Source: Cystobacterineae bacterium (GTDB taxonomy: Bacteria; Myxococcota; Myxococcia; Myxococcales; Myxococcaceae). Taken from it: a stretch of 64,000 nucleotides of DNA. The translations under genes were made by a program, and so were the position numbers. Shown here in pieces: positions 53,226 to 62,256 of this stretch; the first letter of the stretch is position 1; each line of letters opens with the position of its first letter. The notes under the pieces are model-generated. The model ran no database searches. It saw only the letters and a list, made by a program, of their open reading frames with translations, and had not been told where the DNA came from. Location of the stretch: positions 5,810-69,809 of the forward strand of contig WQYA01000005.1 in assembly GCA_009781495.1 (NCBI GenBank). The letters run 5' to 3'.

Positions 53226-54500
53226 ATGTTGATTGAAGCCTTTGGGAAGACAGACGTGGGGCGCAGGCGCGCTCACAATGAAGATTCTATGTTGATGGAT
53301 TCCGAGCTGGGAGTCTATTTGGTAGCCGACGGCATGGGGGGGGCAGCTTCGGGGGAGGTTGCGAGCACGCAAGCGGTCAGCTTGGTGCGCCAATACCTTG
53401 GGGATGCGCGCTCTGTTTTGGAGGGGATGGCGAAGAATTGGACGCCGGAGAACCAAGCAGCGGCAGTCCATGTTTTGGAGGGGGCCGTCCAAAAGGCCTG
53501 CTTTGAGATTCACCAACTCAGCCTACAAGAGGTTTCCAAGCGGGGGATGGGGACCACTTTGGCAGCCCTGGTAATTGTTGGGAACAAGGGCATCATCTGC
53601 AACGTTGGGGACAGCCGTATTTATTTAATACGCAATGGCCAATGCCACCGTCTGACGGAAGACCACACTCTGGTCGCCATACAACTGAAGGCAGGGGCGA
53701 TTACACGTGAGCAAGCGGCCACCTCGCAATACCGCAATGTCATTACCCGGGCCGTAGGCATTCAACCCTCCGTACAAGTAGACACTCTGGTTTTAGACAT
53801 ATTGCCGGGGGATAAATTTCTTCTATGCTCTGACGGCCTCCATGCTTATTTCCCTGAGGCGGAGCTTTTGAGGACATTTGAGCAAGTGCCGGCGAAGGAT
53901 TTGGCGGAATATTTTATAGCGACAGCCAATGAGCGAGGGGGCAAGGACAACATTACGGCTTTGGTGGTTTGTGTCCAAAGCGAACTGGCTGCTGCGAGTG
54001 AAGACATTCTCGAAGCGCAGTCGAGGATGGAGGTGCTCAAGAAGATTCCGCTGTTTAGGCATTTGACTTACAAAGAGCAGACGGCGGTTTTGTCGGTTGC
54101 GACGACGCGCTCCTATGCGGAGGGCGAGGAGATTATTCGCGAGGGGCAACCGGGGAACGATCTCTATATTGTCATAAAAGGACGGGTAGTGGTTGAGAAG
54201 GGCGGCATGGAGATTTCAGAATTATTTTCCGGCGGCCATTTTGGGGAGATGGGGTTGGTGGACAACGCGCCGCGCTCAGCCACCATTCGTGCTGCGGAGT
54301 CGACGCGGGTGATGTTGGTTGCGCGCTCCGAGCTGATGGGCCTCATGAAACGCGAATCCATTTTAGCGGTGAAAATGCTTTGGAGTTTTGTCCAAGTATT
54401 GGCCGATCGCCTGCGCGCCGCCAACTTTGAGCTGTCAGAAGCGCGTCAAGAGTTGGCGATTGTACATGCCATTAAGCCTTTCTCTGAAGAGGAAGCATGA
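53226..54500 (+). CDS. PP2C phosphatase fused to a cyclic-nucleotide-binding domain
   Basis: N-terminal PP2C (GKTDVGRRRAHNEDS, VADGMGG, LCSDGL, GGKDNIT). C-terminal cNMP domain (IPLFRHLT..., GGHFGEMGLVDNAPRSATIRA). Confidence 0.8.
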   Translation: MLIEAFGKTDVGRRRAHNEDSMLMDSELGVYLVADGMGGAASGEVASTQAVSLVRQYLGDARSVLEGMAKNWTPENQAAAVHVLEGAVQKACFEIHQLSLQEVSKRGMGTTLAALVIVGNKGIICNVGDSRIYLIRNGQCHRLTEDHTLVAIQLKAGAITREQAATSQYRNVITRAVGIQPSVQVDTLVLDILPGDKFLLCSDGLHAYFPEAELLRTFEQVPAKDLAEYFIATANERGGKDNITALVVCVQSELAAASEDILEAQSRMEVLKKIPLFRHLTYKEQTAVLSVATTRSYAEGEEIIREGQPGNDLYIVIKGRVVVEKGGMEISELFSGGHFGEMGLVDNAPRSATIRAAESTRVMLVARSELMGLMKRESILAVKMLWSFVQVLADRLRAANFELSEARQELAIVHAIKPFSEEEA

Positions 54501-55750
54501 GTCTTCTCGGGAAAAAGGTGGCCGTGTTGGTGAGCGGCAGCATTGCCGCCTATAAAGCCTGCGAGCTGATTCGGCGTTTGCAAAAAGAAGGGGCCAGTGT
54601 GCGCGTGGCCATGACGAGGACTGCCGAGTCTTTTGTTTCTGCACTGACATTTCAAGCCCTCTCGGGGCACGCTGTTTTGACGGACACCTCGGAAGCAGAC
54701 TCTGTCTATGGCCACCTTGAATTGGCGCGCTGGGCAGACATATTTGTTTTTGCGCCTGCAAGTGCAAACAGCATGGCCCGCATACGGGCGGGTTTTGCGG
54801 ACAGCCCTCTTTTGGCTGCGGTATTGGCTTTCAGAGGGCCGGTGGTATTGGCGCCGGCGATGAATACGGCCATGTGGGAAAACAAGAGGACTCAAGAAAA
54901 CCTTGCCGAGCTTCTCAGAGAATCCAGGTTTGTCCTTGTTCCCCCGCAGGAGGGGGCTTTAGCGGACAAGGACATAGGCATGGGGAGGCTAGCGGATATA
55001 GAGGTGGTGCTTCAAACCGTTGTTGGTTTATTGGCAACCTCTCCCCTAAAAGGCAAGAAGCTTTTGCTAACAGCGGGGCCGACGCGGGAGCCTTGGGATG
55101 CTTTTCGTTTTTTATCCAACCCCTCCTCGGGGAAGATGGGGATAGCTTTAGCGATAGAGGCCTACCGGCGGGGAATGGAGGTTTCTCTGGTATTGGGTGT
55201 GGTGTGTGAGGCCTTGAGGAAGACACTGCCTTCCAACATAGAAGTGATGGACATAACAACAGCAGAAGAAATGTGTACAGCTGTTTTAGAGAGGGTGAAT
55301 AGGGTAGACTGTTTTATTGCCACCGCCGCAGTGAGTGACTTTAGGCCGGCAGAAGTCCACGAAGGAAAAATGGACAAGGCGAAGGCCCCGAAGGCCATGC
55401 CTTTAGTCCCTACCATAGATATTTTAGCCACAGCCTCAGCGCAGGTATACCCCCTCAACAAGCGCCCCTACCTCATTGGTTTTGCCGCACAGACGCAAAA
55501 CCTTGTCGAATATGCAGAGTGCAAGCTGCGTGAAAAACGCTTGGACGCCATTTGTGCCAACGACATTTCCAAAGCGGGCGTGGGTTTTGCTTCTGACGAC
55601 AATGAAATTTTTTGGGTGCGCGCTTGCGCAAAACCTTTGCAGGTGAAGGGAAGCAAAGCGAAAATAGCCGCCTTTATTTTAGACGAATTGGCACAGTGGG
55701 GTGAAGCAGATGAGCGAAACTCAGCAGGGCAAAAAAACCCAAGCCAATGA
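54497..55750 (+). CDS. coaBC: bifunctional phosphopantothenoylcysteine decarboxylase / synthetase
   Basis: Flavoprotein N-domain (VSGSIAAYKA, PAMN..MW) and DFP C-domain (LLTAGPTREP.D..RFLSN.SSGKMG, AAVSDFRP). Confidence 0.9.
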   Translation: MSLLGKKVAVLVSGSIAAYKACELIRRLQKEGASVRVAMTRTAESFVSALTFQALSGHAVLTDTSEADSVYGHLELARWADIFVFAPASANSMARIRAGFADSPLLAAVLAFRGPVVLAPAMNTAMWENKRTQENLAELLRESRFVLVPPQEGALADKDIGMGRLADIEVVLQTVVGLLATSPLKGKKLLLTAGPTREPWDAFRFLSNPSSGKMGIALAIEAYRRGMEVSLVLGVVCEALRKTLPSNIEVMDITTAEEMCTAVLERVNRVDCFIATAAVSDFRPAEVHEGKMDKAKAPKAMPLVPTIDILATASAQVYPLNKRPYLIGFAAQTQNLVEYAECKLREKRLDAICANDISKAGVGFASDDNEIFWVRACAKPLQVKGSKAKIAAFILDELAQWGEADERNSAGQKNPSQ

Positions 55751-56471
55751 AGCGGCCGGTGAAGCGGCAGGTGTCGCCAAAGAATTCTACCGCTATTTGC
55801 AATGGCACCGCGACGGGGGAACGCAGGCCTTGTTGCAACCCCAAGCAAAGCCTGTTGTACAAGAAACTCCGAGGGGACTTTCTGAACGAGCCCCCCCTGT
55901 CCCCCCCACGACACCTATGTCTCTTGAAGAAATACGCGCCCAGATGGGGGATTGTCGGCGGTGCAAACTCTGTGAGCGCCGCACACAAATTGTTTTTGGC
56001 ACAGGCAACCCGCAAGCGGAGTTGGTTTTTGTTGGGGAGGGCCCGGGGGCGGATGAGGATTTGAAGGGCATTCCCTTTGTTGGCAGGGCAGGGCAGCTGC
56101 TGACCAAAATGATTGAGGCGATGCGTTTTTCGCGCGACGAAGTTTATATTTGCAATGTTGTCAAATGTCGCCCGCCCGACAACCGAAACCCTGAGCCGGA
56201 TGAAATTGCGGCATGCCAAGGTTTTCTCAGAGCGCAGTTGGCCGCTGTCAAGCCCAAGGTGCTTGTCGCTTTGGGAAAATTTGCTGTGCAGACTTTGTTG
56301 GCGGAGTCCACCCCCATTACCAAATTGCGTGGGCGCTGGAGAGAATATGAAGGTATTCCCCTGATGCCCACCTACCACCCTGCCTATTTGTTGAGAAACC
56401 CCGTGGAGAAAAAAAACGCATGGTTGGACTTGCAAAGTGTGATGCAGCGACTTGGAAAACCGCTGAAATGA
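55710..56471 (+). CDS. uracil-DNA glycosylase, family 4
   Basis: C..C.LC..R...VFG.GNP.AELVFVGEGPGADED..G.PFVGRAGQLL, CNVVKCRPP.NR.P and HPAYLLR. Confidence 0.8.
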   Translation: MSETQQGKKTQANEAAGEAAGVAKEFYRYLQWHRDGGTQALLQPQAKPVVQETPRGLSERAPPVPPTTPMSLEEIRAQMGDCRRCKLCERRTQIVFGTGNPQAELVFVGEGPGADEDLKGIPFVGRAGQLLTKMIEAMRFSRDEVYICNVVKCRPPDNRNPEPDEIAACQGFLRAQLAAVKPKVLVALGKFAVQTLLAESTPITKLRGRWREYEGIPLMPTYHPAYLLRNPVEKKNAWLDLQSVMQRLGKPLK

Positions 56472-57466
56472 AGGGCCAGGTTGTGCGCGTCTCCATGGAT
56501 GCGCCGGCGTTGCGTGACAACCCTTTGGGGGACGCAAGCACGAGGGAGCTTCTCATCTATTTGCCCCCGGACTATGAAGCGAGCGAAACGCTGTTCCCGG
56601 CTGCCTATTTTTTGCATGGCTATGCGGGCTCCGCCTTGCAGTGGTTGAATGTGTCGGCCTTTTGCCCGAATGTGGTGGAGCGTGTTGACGCACTCATGGC
56701 CTCTGAGCAGCTTCCCGGGTGCCTTTGTATATTTATAGACGGGTGGACTTCTCTAGGGGGAAGCCAGTGGCTTAACAGTGCAGCGCAGGGGGCCTATTCG
56801 GACTATGTGACGCAGGACGTTGTTGCTTTTGTTGAAGAGAATTTTCGAGTGCAGCGCGAGCCTGCCAAGCGCGCACTGTTTGGAAAAAGCTCCGGCGGCT
56901 ATGCTGCTTGGACAATGGCCTGCCATTGCCCTCAAATTTTTGGACACATGGCCGCGCACTCTGCGGATGCGTGTTTTGAATATTGCTATTTGGGGGACTT
57001 GCCGAAGGCGGCGGCGCCTTTGCGTCAAAGTGGCGGGGTATTGCCTTGGTTTCATGAGTTTAGGCAGCGTGCCCGAGCGACGAAAATGAAGTCGGAGGAT
57101 TTTGCGGTGGTGAATATTTTGGCCATGGCCGCCAGCTATTCTCCCTGTTTGGGTATGCCGTTAAATTTAGAATTACCCATGGATTTAGAGACGGGGGCCA
57201 TGCGTTGGGATGTTTGGCAACGTTGGTTGGAGAGAGATCCAACCCGTTTTGTCCCTCTCCAGACAGAAGCCCTCAAAAACCTCAAAAGCCTTTTTTTGGA
57301 TTGTGGAACCAAAGACGAATTCCACCTCATTTGGGGAGCCAGGCAATTGGCACAGGTGTTAAGAGAGAAAGGGGTGCCGCACCACTTTGAAGAATTCAGT
57401 GATGGCCACATGGGCATCAACTACCGCTTTGAGCACTCGCTTCGCTATATTCTTCCGAGGATGTAG
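56468..57466 (+). CDS. alpha/beta hydrolase, putative esterase family
   Basis: FLHGYAGS and the nucleophile elbow GKSSGGYAA. Its ATG overlaps the stop of the upstream gene (ATGA). Confidence 0.6.
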   Translation: MKGQVVRVSMDAPALRDNPLGDASTRELLIYLPPDYEASETLFPAAYFLHGYAGSALQWLNVSAFCPNVVERVDALMASEQLPGCLCIFIDGWTSLGGSQWLNSAAQGAYSDYVTQDVVAFVEENFRVQREPAKRALFGKSSGGYAAWTMACHCPQIFGHMAAHSADACFEYCYLGDLPKAAAPLRQSGGVLPWFHEFRQRARATKMKSEDFAVVNILAMAASYSPCLGMPLNLELPMDLETGAMRWDVWQRWLERDPTRFVPLQTEALKNLKSLFLDCGTKDEFHLIWGARQLAQVLREKGVPHHFEEFSDGHMGINYRFEHSLRYILPRM

Positions 57467-57471
57467 GCTTT

Positions 57472-59304
57472 CTAAGTGTCGCGTTTCCTGTCGCGCTCTG
57501 CGCGGTAGCGCGCATTCACTTCCAAAAGGCGTTTTCGCATTCTCAAGGTTTTGGGGGTTATTTCAACAAGCTCGTCCTCTGAAATCCACTCCAGGATTTT
57601 TTCAAGCGTCATTTCCCGTGGCGGCGTCAAAATGACATTCTCGTCTCTGCCTGCTGCGCGAATATTCGTGAGTTTCTTTTCGCGGCAAGGGTTGACGTTG
57701 AGCTCCGTAGAATGTGCATGTTCGCCAATAACCATGCCTTCATAGACTTCAACCCCGGGGCCGACGAAAAGCTGGCCTCTGTCCTGAATAGAAAACAGGG
57801 CATAGGGAATGGCTTTGCCCTGCCTGTCCGAAACAATGGCTCCATTTTGTCGCCTGGGAATGGCTCCCATCCAAGGCTCATAGTCATCCGACTGGCTTGA
57901 CATAATGCCCTCGCCTCTTGTGAGGCTGAGAAACTCACTCCTAAAACCGACCAGCCCGCGAGATGGAATGCGGTATTGCACACGTGTCCTGTTGCTGCCT
58001 TGAGGCTGCATGTGAACGAGTTGGGCTTTTCTCAGCCCCAAACGTTCCGTGACAGCGCCCACGCTGGACTCAGGAATGTCGCAAAAGACAAGCTCCATGG
58101 GCTCCCATATTTTCCCGTCTATTTCACGCAGGACGGGCTCCGGGTTAGAGGCCATAAGCTCATAGCCTTCACGCCGCATGGTTTCTAAAATGACGGAGAA
58201 TTGCAACTCGCCTCGGCCATAGACGATGAAAGCTTCTGCGCTGTCGCTGTCTTCAACACGCAAAGCAACATTCTTATAGGCTTCGCGGTAGAGACGCTCC
58301 CGCAGGTTTCGTGAGGTGACATATTTGCCCTCGCGCCCGGCAAGGGGGCCGTCGTTGACGCGAAACACCATTTTCATGGTGGGCTCATCCACACGAATAC
58401 GCGAAAGGGCCGTGGGGTTGTCAGGAGAACTCAGCGTGTCTCCAATAGAAACGGTGTCCATGCCTGCAATGCAGACAATTTCGCCAGGGCCGGCATCCTC
58501 AATTTCCACACGTTTGAGCCCGGAGAAGCCATAGAGTTTGGAAATTTTTCCATTTTGGAGACTGCCGTCGGCGCGCATGACGCAGAGAGGTTTGTTGACA
58601 TAGAAGCGGCCTGCGTGGATGCGGCCTACCGCCAACCTGCCGACATAGTCGTCATAGTCCAAATTGGCGACAAGCATTTGCGAAAGCTCCACATTGTCTG
58701 AAACATTGGGCGGGGGGATGTTGTGTAAAATGGCTTCAAACAGGGGGAGCAGGTTTTTTTTCTCATCGTCCAGTTTGTGGGTGGCAATGCCTTGTCTCGC
58801 AATGGCATAGAGTACAGGAAATTCAATTTGCTCGTCGTTGGCGCCCAAGTCGATATAGAGGGAATATACGGCGTCGAGGACTTCTTTGGGGCGAGCATCG
58901 GCGCGGTCCACTTTGTTGATGACGAGCATGGTTTTGAGATTCAACTCCAAAGCTTTTTGCAGAACGAAGCGTGTTTGCGGCAAAGGCCCTTCTGCAGCAT
59001 CGACAAGCAGCAACACGCCGTCGACGAGGCGCAAACTGCGTTCCACCTCCCCCCCGAAGTCCGCGTGTCCGGGTGTATCGACAATGTTAATGAGGTGGTT
59101 GTCATAGGAGATGGAGGTATTTTTAGCGAGGATGGTAATGCCTTTTTCACGCTCCAAATCTCCCGAATCCATAACGCGCTCCACCAGGGCCTCGTTGCTT
59201 CGAAACACGCCTCCCTGACGAAGCATATGGTCGACCAGTGTCGTCTTCCCATGGTCCACGTGAGCTACAATGGCAATATTGCGAATACGTTCTCTAGAAA
59301 GCAT
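57472..59304 (-). CDS. typA: translational GTPase TypA/BipA
   Basis: [33 protein letters not shown] and NKVDR, with EF-G-like domains. The internal MLSRERIRN start is preferred. Confidence 0.9.
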   Translation of the reverse strand: MLSRERIRNIAIVAHVDHGKTTLVDHMLRQGGVFRSNEALVERVMDSGDLEREKGITILAKNTSISYDNHLINIVDTPGHADFGGEVERSLRLVDGVLLLVDAAEGPLPQTRFVLQKALELNLKTMLVINKVDRADARPKEVLDAVYSLYIDLGANDEQIEFPVLYAIARQGIATHKLDDEKKNLLPLFEAILHNIPPPNVSDNVELSQMLVANLDYDDYVGRLAVGRIHAGRFYVNKPLCVMRADGSLQNGKISKLYGFSGLKRVEIEDAGPGEIVCIAGMDTVSIGDTLSSPDNPTALSRIRVDEPTMKMVFRVNDGPLAGREGKYVTSRNLRERLYREAYKNVALRVEDSDSAEAFIVYGRGELQFSVILETMRREGYELMASNPEPVLREIDGKIWEPMELVFCDIPESSVGAVTERLGLRKAQLVHMQPQGSNRTRVQYRIPSRGLVGFRSEFLSLTRGEGIMSSQSDDYEPWMGAIPRRQNGAIVSDRQGKAIPYALFSIQDRGQLFVGPGVEVYEGMVIGEHAHSTELNVNPCREKKLTNIRAAGRDENVILTPPREMTLEKILEWISEDELVEITPKTLRMRKRLLEVNARYRAERDRKRDT

Positions 59305-59406
59305 AGGGTGGGCGAGGCTTAGTCGCCAAGGGAGGTATTTGCAATACTTCCTCCAAAGTTTTCTCAAGCTGGCTTCCCAAAGCATTCGAGGCTAAGAGAC
59401 ATTCCA

Positions 59407-59964
59407 ATGCGCGTCATTGCAGGAATTCACAGGGGCCGACATTTGTTGGGGCCCAACTCCAAGGACATTCGTCCGACCGCAGACCGTGTCCGCGAAAGCA
59501 TTTTTAATGTATTGGGCCAGCATTTTGACGGCCTTCAGGTTTTGGATTTGTTTGCCGGCACAGGCGCCATGGCCCTGGAGGCATTGAGTCGCAACGCAGT
59601 CTCAGCTTTGTTGGTTGACAAGCATTTGGACGCTGTTTCCCTGTGCAAGAAGAATATTGCAAACCTGGGTTTGGAAGCGCAGTCCGAAGTTTGGCATATG
59701 GATGCTTTTGCGGCGCTCTCGCGTTGCAAGACGCAAAACAGGCGTTTTGAGTTGGTATTTGCGGACCCTCCCTATGCATTCCAAAACTGGGGGGGGCTAT
59801 GGCTTAGCCTATTAAAGGAGGAAGTTTTAACCCCAGAGGGGAGGGTAGTTATAGAAAGGGACAGACGTAGTCTCCTGCCCCCTTTGCCCCCGGCTTTGTC
59901 CTTGCAGAGGGAGATGAAGTTTGGCGACACGCTTGTCTCAATATTATTGCATTCTCCATGTTAA
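59407..59964 (+). CDS. rsmD: 16S rRNA (guanine966-N2)-methyltransferase
   Basis: RPT.DRVRESIFN, DLFAGTGAMALEALSR and the DPPY motif. Confidence 0.8.
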   Translation: MRVIAGIHRGRHLLGPNSKDIRPTADRVRESIFNVLGQHFDGLQVLDLFAGTGAMALEALSRNAVSALLVDKHLDAVSLCKKNIANLGLEAQSEVWHMDAFAALSRCKTQNRRFELVFADPPYAFQNWGGLWLSLLKEEVLTPEGRVVIERDRRSLLPPLPPALSLQREMKFGDTLVSILLHSPC

Positions 59965-59985
59965 ACCCATAGATGAGCTTTTTTC

Positions 59986-60477
59986 ATGCACCCTCAAACC
60001 GCCATTTACCCTGGGAGTTTTGATCCTTTCACGTGCGGCCACCTCTCACTGGTTGAGCGTGCATTGAAAGTTTTTGACAAGTTGATTGTTGCGCTTGCCG
60101 TCAACGTCAAGAAGACGCCTCTTTTCACCGTGGAGGAGCGTATTCAGCTGATTCGCGAAGCCTGCCCTCAAGAGAATGTAGAAGTGGTAGCCTTTGAAGG
60201 TTTGCTTGTGGACTATGTGAAGAGCCGCGGGGTGAACATTGTTTTGCGAGGGCTGAGGGCGATGAGCGATTTTGAGTTTGAGTTTCAATTGGCGCATATG
60301 AATTGCCACCTGGCGCCGCAGATTGAGACGGTATTTATGATGACGAGCCAGGAGAGTTTTTATATTTCCTCTCAGTCTGTGCGAGAGGTTGCGGCTTTTG
60401 GCGGCCGAGTGGAAGGCTTGGTTCCCCCCAATGTTGCAGCCAAGCTGCGCGAGCGGTTTTCGCGCCCCAAGGCCTAG
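59986..60477 (+). CDS. coaD: phosphopantetheine adenylyltransferase
   Basis: [27 protein letters not shown] and ISS..VRE. Confidence 0.9.
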   Translation: MHPQTAIYPGSFDPFTCGHLSLVERALKVFDKLIVALAVNVKKTPLFTVEERIQLIREACPQENVEVVAFEGLLVDYVKSRGVNIVLRGLRAMSDFEFEFQLAHMNCHLAPQIETVFMMTSQESFYISSQSVREVAAFGGRVEGLVPPNVAAKLRERFSRPKA

Positions 60478-60616
60478 GGATGGTTTTTACCCCCCCTAGA
60501 CCGATTCAAAGTTGACTTGACTCACTGCGACACACGGGTAGGAATATGGGGCTAAGCAAGCTCGTCCAATGGGAGATGGAGGCATCTGGCCGCACTTACT
60601 GCAACTGGAAACCGGT

Positions 60617-61147
60617 TTAGTCGTGAAACGCGACCACTTTCAAAACAGGGCCGGAGGGGGGGCGGGCAGGGAATTCTCGAAGCAGCAAGACAACGGCTTT
60701 TCCGGAGACATTGACGACGGCAAACCAATAGCCCTTTTGGCCCAGGGGGAGTTTGGCCAGCCGTTGAGGGGGGGGGCCAAAGCGCTCCTGCATTTGTTGA
60801 AAGCTTAGCACCTCTGCCCCTCTTATTTCATAATCCTCCAAGGGTTTTGGAGAGAGCTGTTTTTCCCAGGCTTCGCTGAGGGCCTTAGGGGAGGTATGGC
60901 TTGTGGATTCCAGCCAAAAGGGGAAGGCGGCCAAGTCCAGCAGGGCCTCCCAGTCTTTGTGCAAGAGGTATGTTAAAAACCGATAAGCGACGAGGGCGGC
61001 CTCCGGTGGGGGGTTTTTCTCCCTGGGGGAGGCCAGGGAGGTAGCCTGGTGGGTTAAAGGGGGGTTGGAGGGAGGATGGGGGGGGACCCCACCCCCCTCT
61101 AGCCCCTGGCTAAGGCAGGCCCAAACCAGCATATATTGAAAACCCAT
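60617..61147 (-). CDS. hypothetical protein
   Basis: 176-aa ORF with a Pro-rich N-terminal third. Contains a C10 run (G10 on the + strand at 60768-60777). No motif recognised. Confidence 0.35.
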   Translation of the reverse strand: MGFQYMLVWACLSQGLEGGGVPPHPPSNPPLTHQATSLASPREKNPPPEAALVAYRFLTYLLHKDWEALLDLAAFPFWLESTSHTSPKALSEAWEKQLSPKPLEDYEIRGAEVLSFQQMQERFGPPPQRLAKLPLGQKGYWFAVVNVSGKAVVLLLREFPARPPSGPVLKVVAFHD

Positions 61148-61174
61148 CTGCCCCTTCCTGCCTATGGAAAGGCT

Positions 61175-61717
61175 CTAAATGTGGACAGAAGGCGTTTCTG
61201 CCAGTTTTTTATATAAAGTGGAAGTCAGCAAATACCAGAATTGGATTTCGCCGAAGGAAACGATGTCGCCGTCCTTCAAAACGGTTTCGCGCCGAAGACG
61301 TAGGCTTGCATTCAGCAAGGTTCCATTGGTTGATCCCAAATCCGTCAATGTGCTACGTCCAAAAGCGGCATTCCAGCGAAGCAGCGCATGTCGCTTAGAA
61401 ACGGAAGGGTGATCTAAAACCAGCTCACAGTCAGGCTGACGGCCGATATAAAGCATGTCTGAGCCTTGCAGCGGCGGCAAAGTAGCGACCACAAGCTCCT
61501 CAAACTGAAAGAGGAGGCTCAAAGCGGCTGTAGAAACTTTTTCCCGGGCCACCATATGCGTTATAACCATGTTGTTGGGCAGTCCCATTTTTTCCGTATT
61601 TTGAGCAGCTTGCATTTCATCCGGTTTTTGGATGAGGGCAAAGGGGCCCAGCTGCAAGAGAAATTCCTTTGCAGAGAGCTGTTGGGCATAATTTTTTAGC
61701 TCTTTAACAGAAAGCAT
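61175..61717 (-). CDS. FHA domain protein
   Basis: C-terminal FHA core IGRQPDCELVLDHPSVSKRHALL...LTDLGSTNGTLLN. Confidence 0.7.
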   Translation of the reverse strand: MLSVKELKNYAQQLSAKEFLLQLGPFALIQKPDEMQAAQNTEKMGLPNNMVITHMVAREKVSTAALSLLFQFEELVVATLPPLQGSDMLYIGRQPDCELVLDHPSVSKRHALLRWNAAFGRSTLTDLGSTNGTLLNASLRLRRETVLKDGDIVSFGEIQFWYLLTSTLYKKLAETPSVHI

Positions 61718-61767
61718 ATAGAAGGACTCGCCATGCTTATTGGTTTTGCAATACTCTTGGAGAATTT

Positions 61768-62256
61768 ATGCAACGTTTTCCCATAACGCCAGCAGGATTA
61801 CAAAAGCTGAAGGACGAATTGAAGCAATTGGTTTCGGTTGAGCGTCCTCGCATCAGCAAAGACATTGAAACAGCGCGTGCCCACGGCGACTTGAAGGAGA
61901 ATGCCGAATACCATGCGGCCAAAGAGAAGCAGAGCCACACAGAGGGGCGGATTTTGGAGTTAAACCACATATTGGCCCATGCTGAAGTGATAGATGTTTC
62001 TCAAATTCAGCTGGAAGACCGTGTGGTATTTGGGACAACAGTAGAGCTTTTGGATTTGGAGAATGAGCGCAAGTTAAGCTACCGGCTGGTAGGGGAGGCG
62101 GAGGTGGATTTGAAGAAGCGGCGTATTTCCATTTCCTCTCCCGTAGGAAAGCAATTGATAGGGAAGAGAGTAGGGGAGGAAGTGACGGTACACACGCCGA
62201 ACGGCATAAAGGAATACCAAATTCTATCTGTGGTTATTCAGGATGAAAGCGAGTGA
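61768..62256 (+). CDS. greA: transcription elongation factor GreA
   Basis: PITPAGLQKLKDEL..L, ARAHGDLKENAEYHAAKE, and a C-terminal FKBP-like ISISSPVGKQLIGK. Confidence 0.9.
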   Translation: MQRFPITPAGLQKLKDELKQLVSVERPRISKDIETARAHGDLKENAEYHAAKEKQSHTEGRILELNHILAHAEVIDVSQIQLEDRVVFGTTVELLDLENERKLSYRLVGEAEVDLKKRRISISSPVGKQLIGKRVGEEVTVHTPNGIKEYQILSVVIQDESE

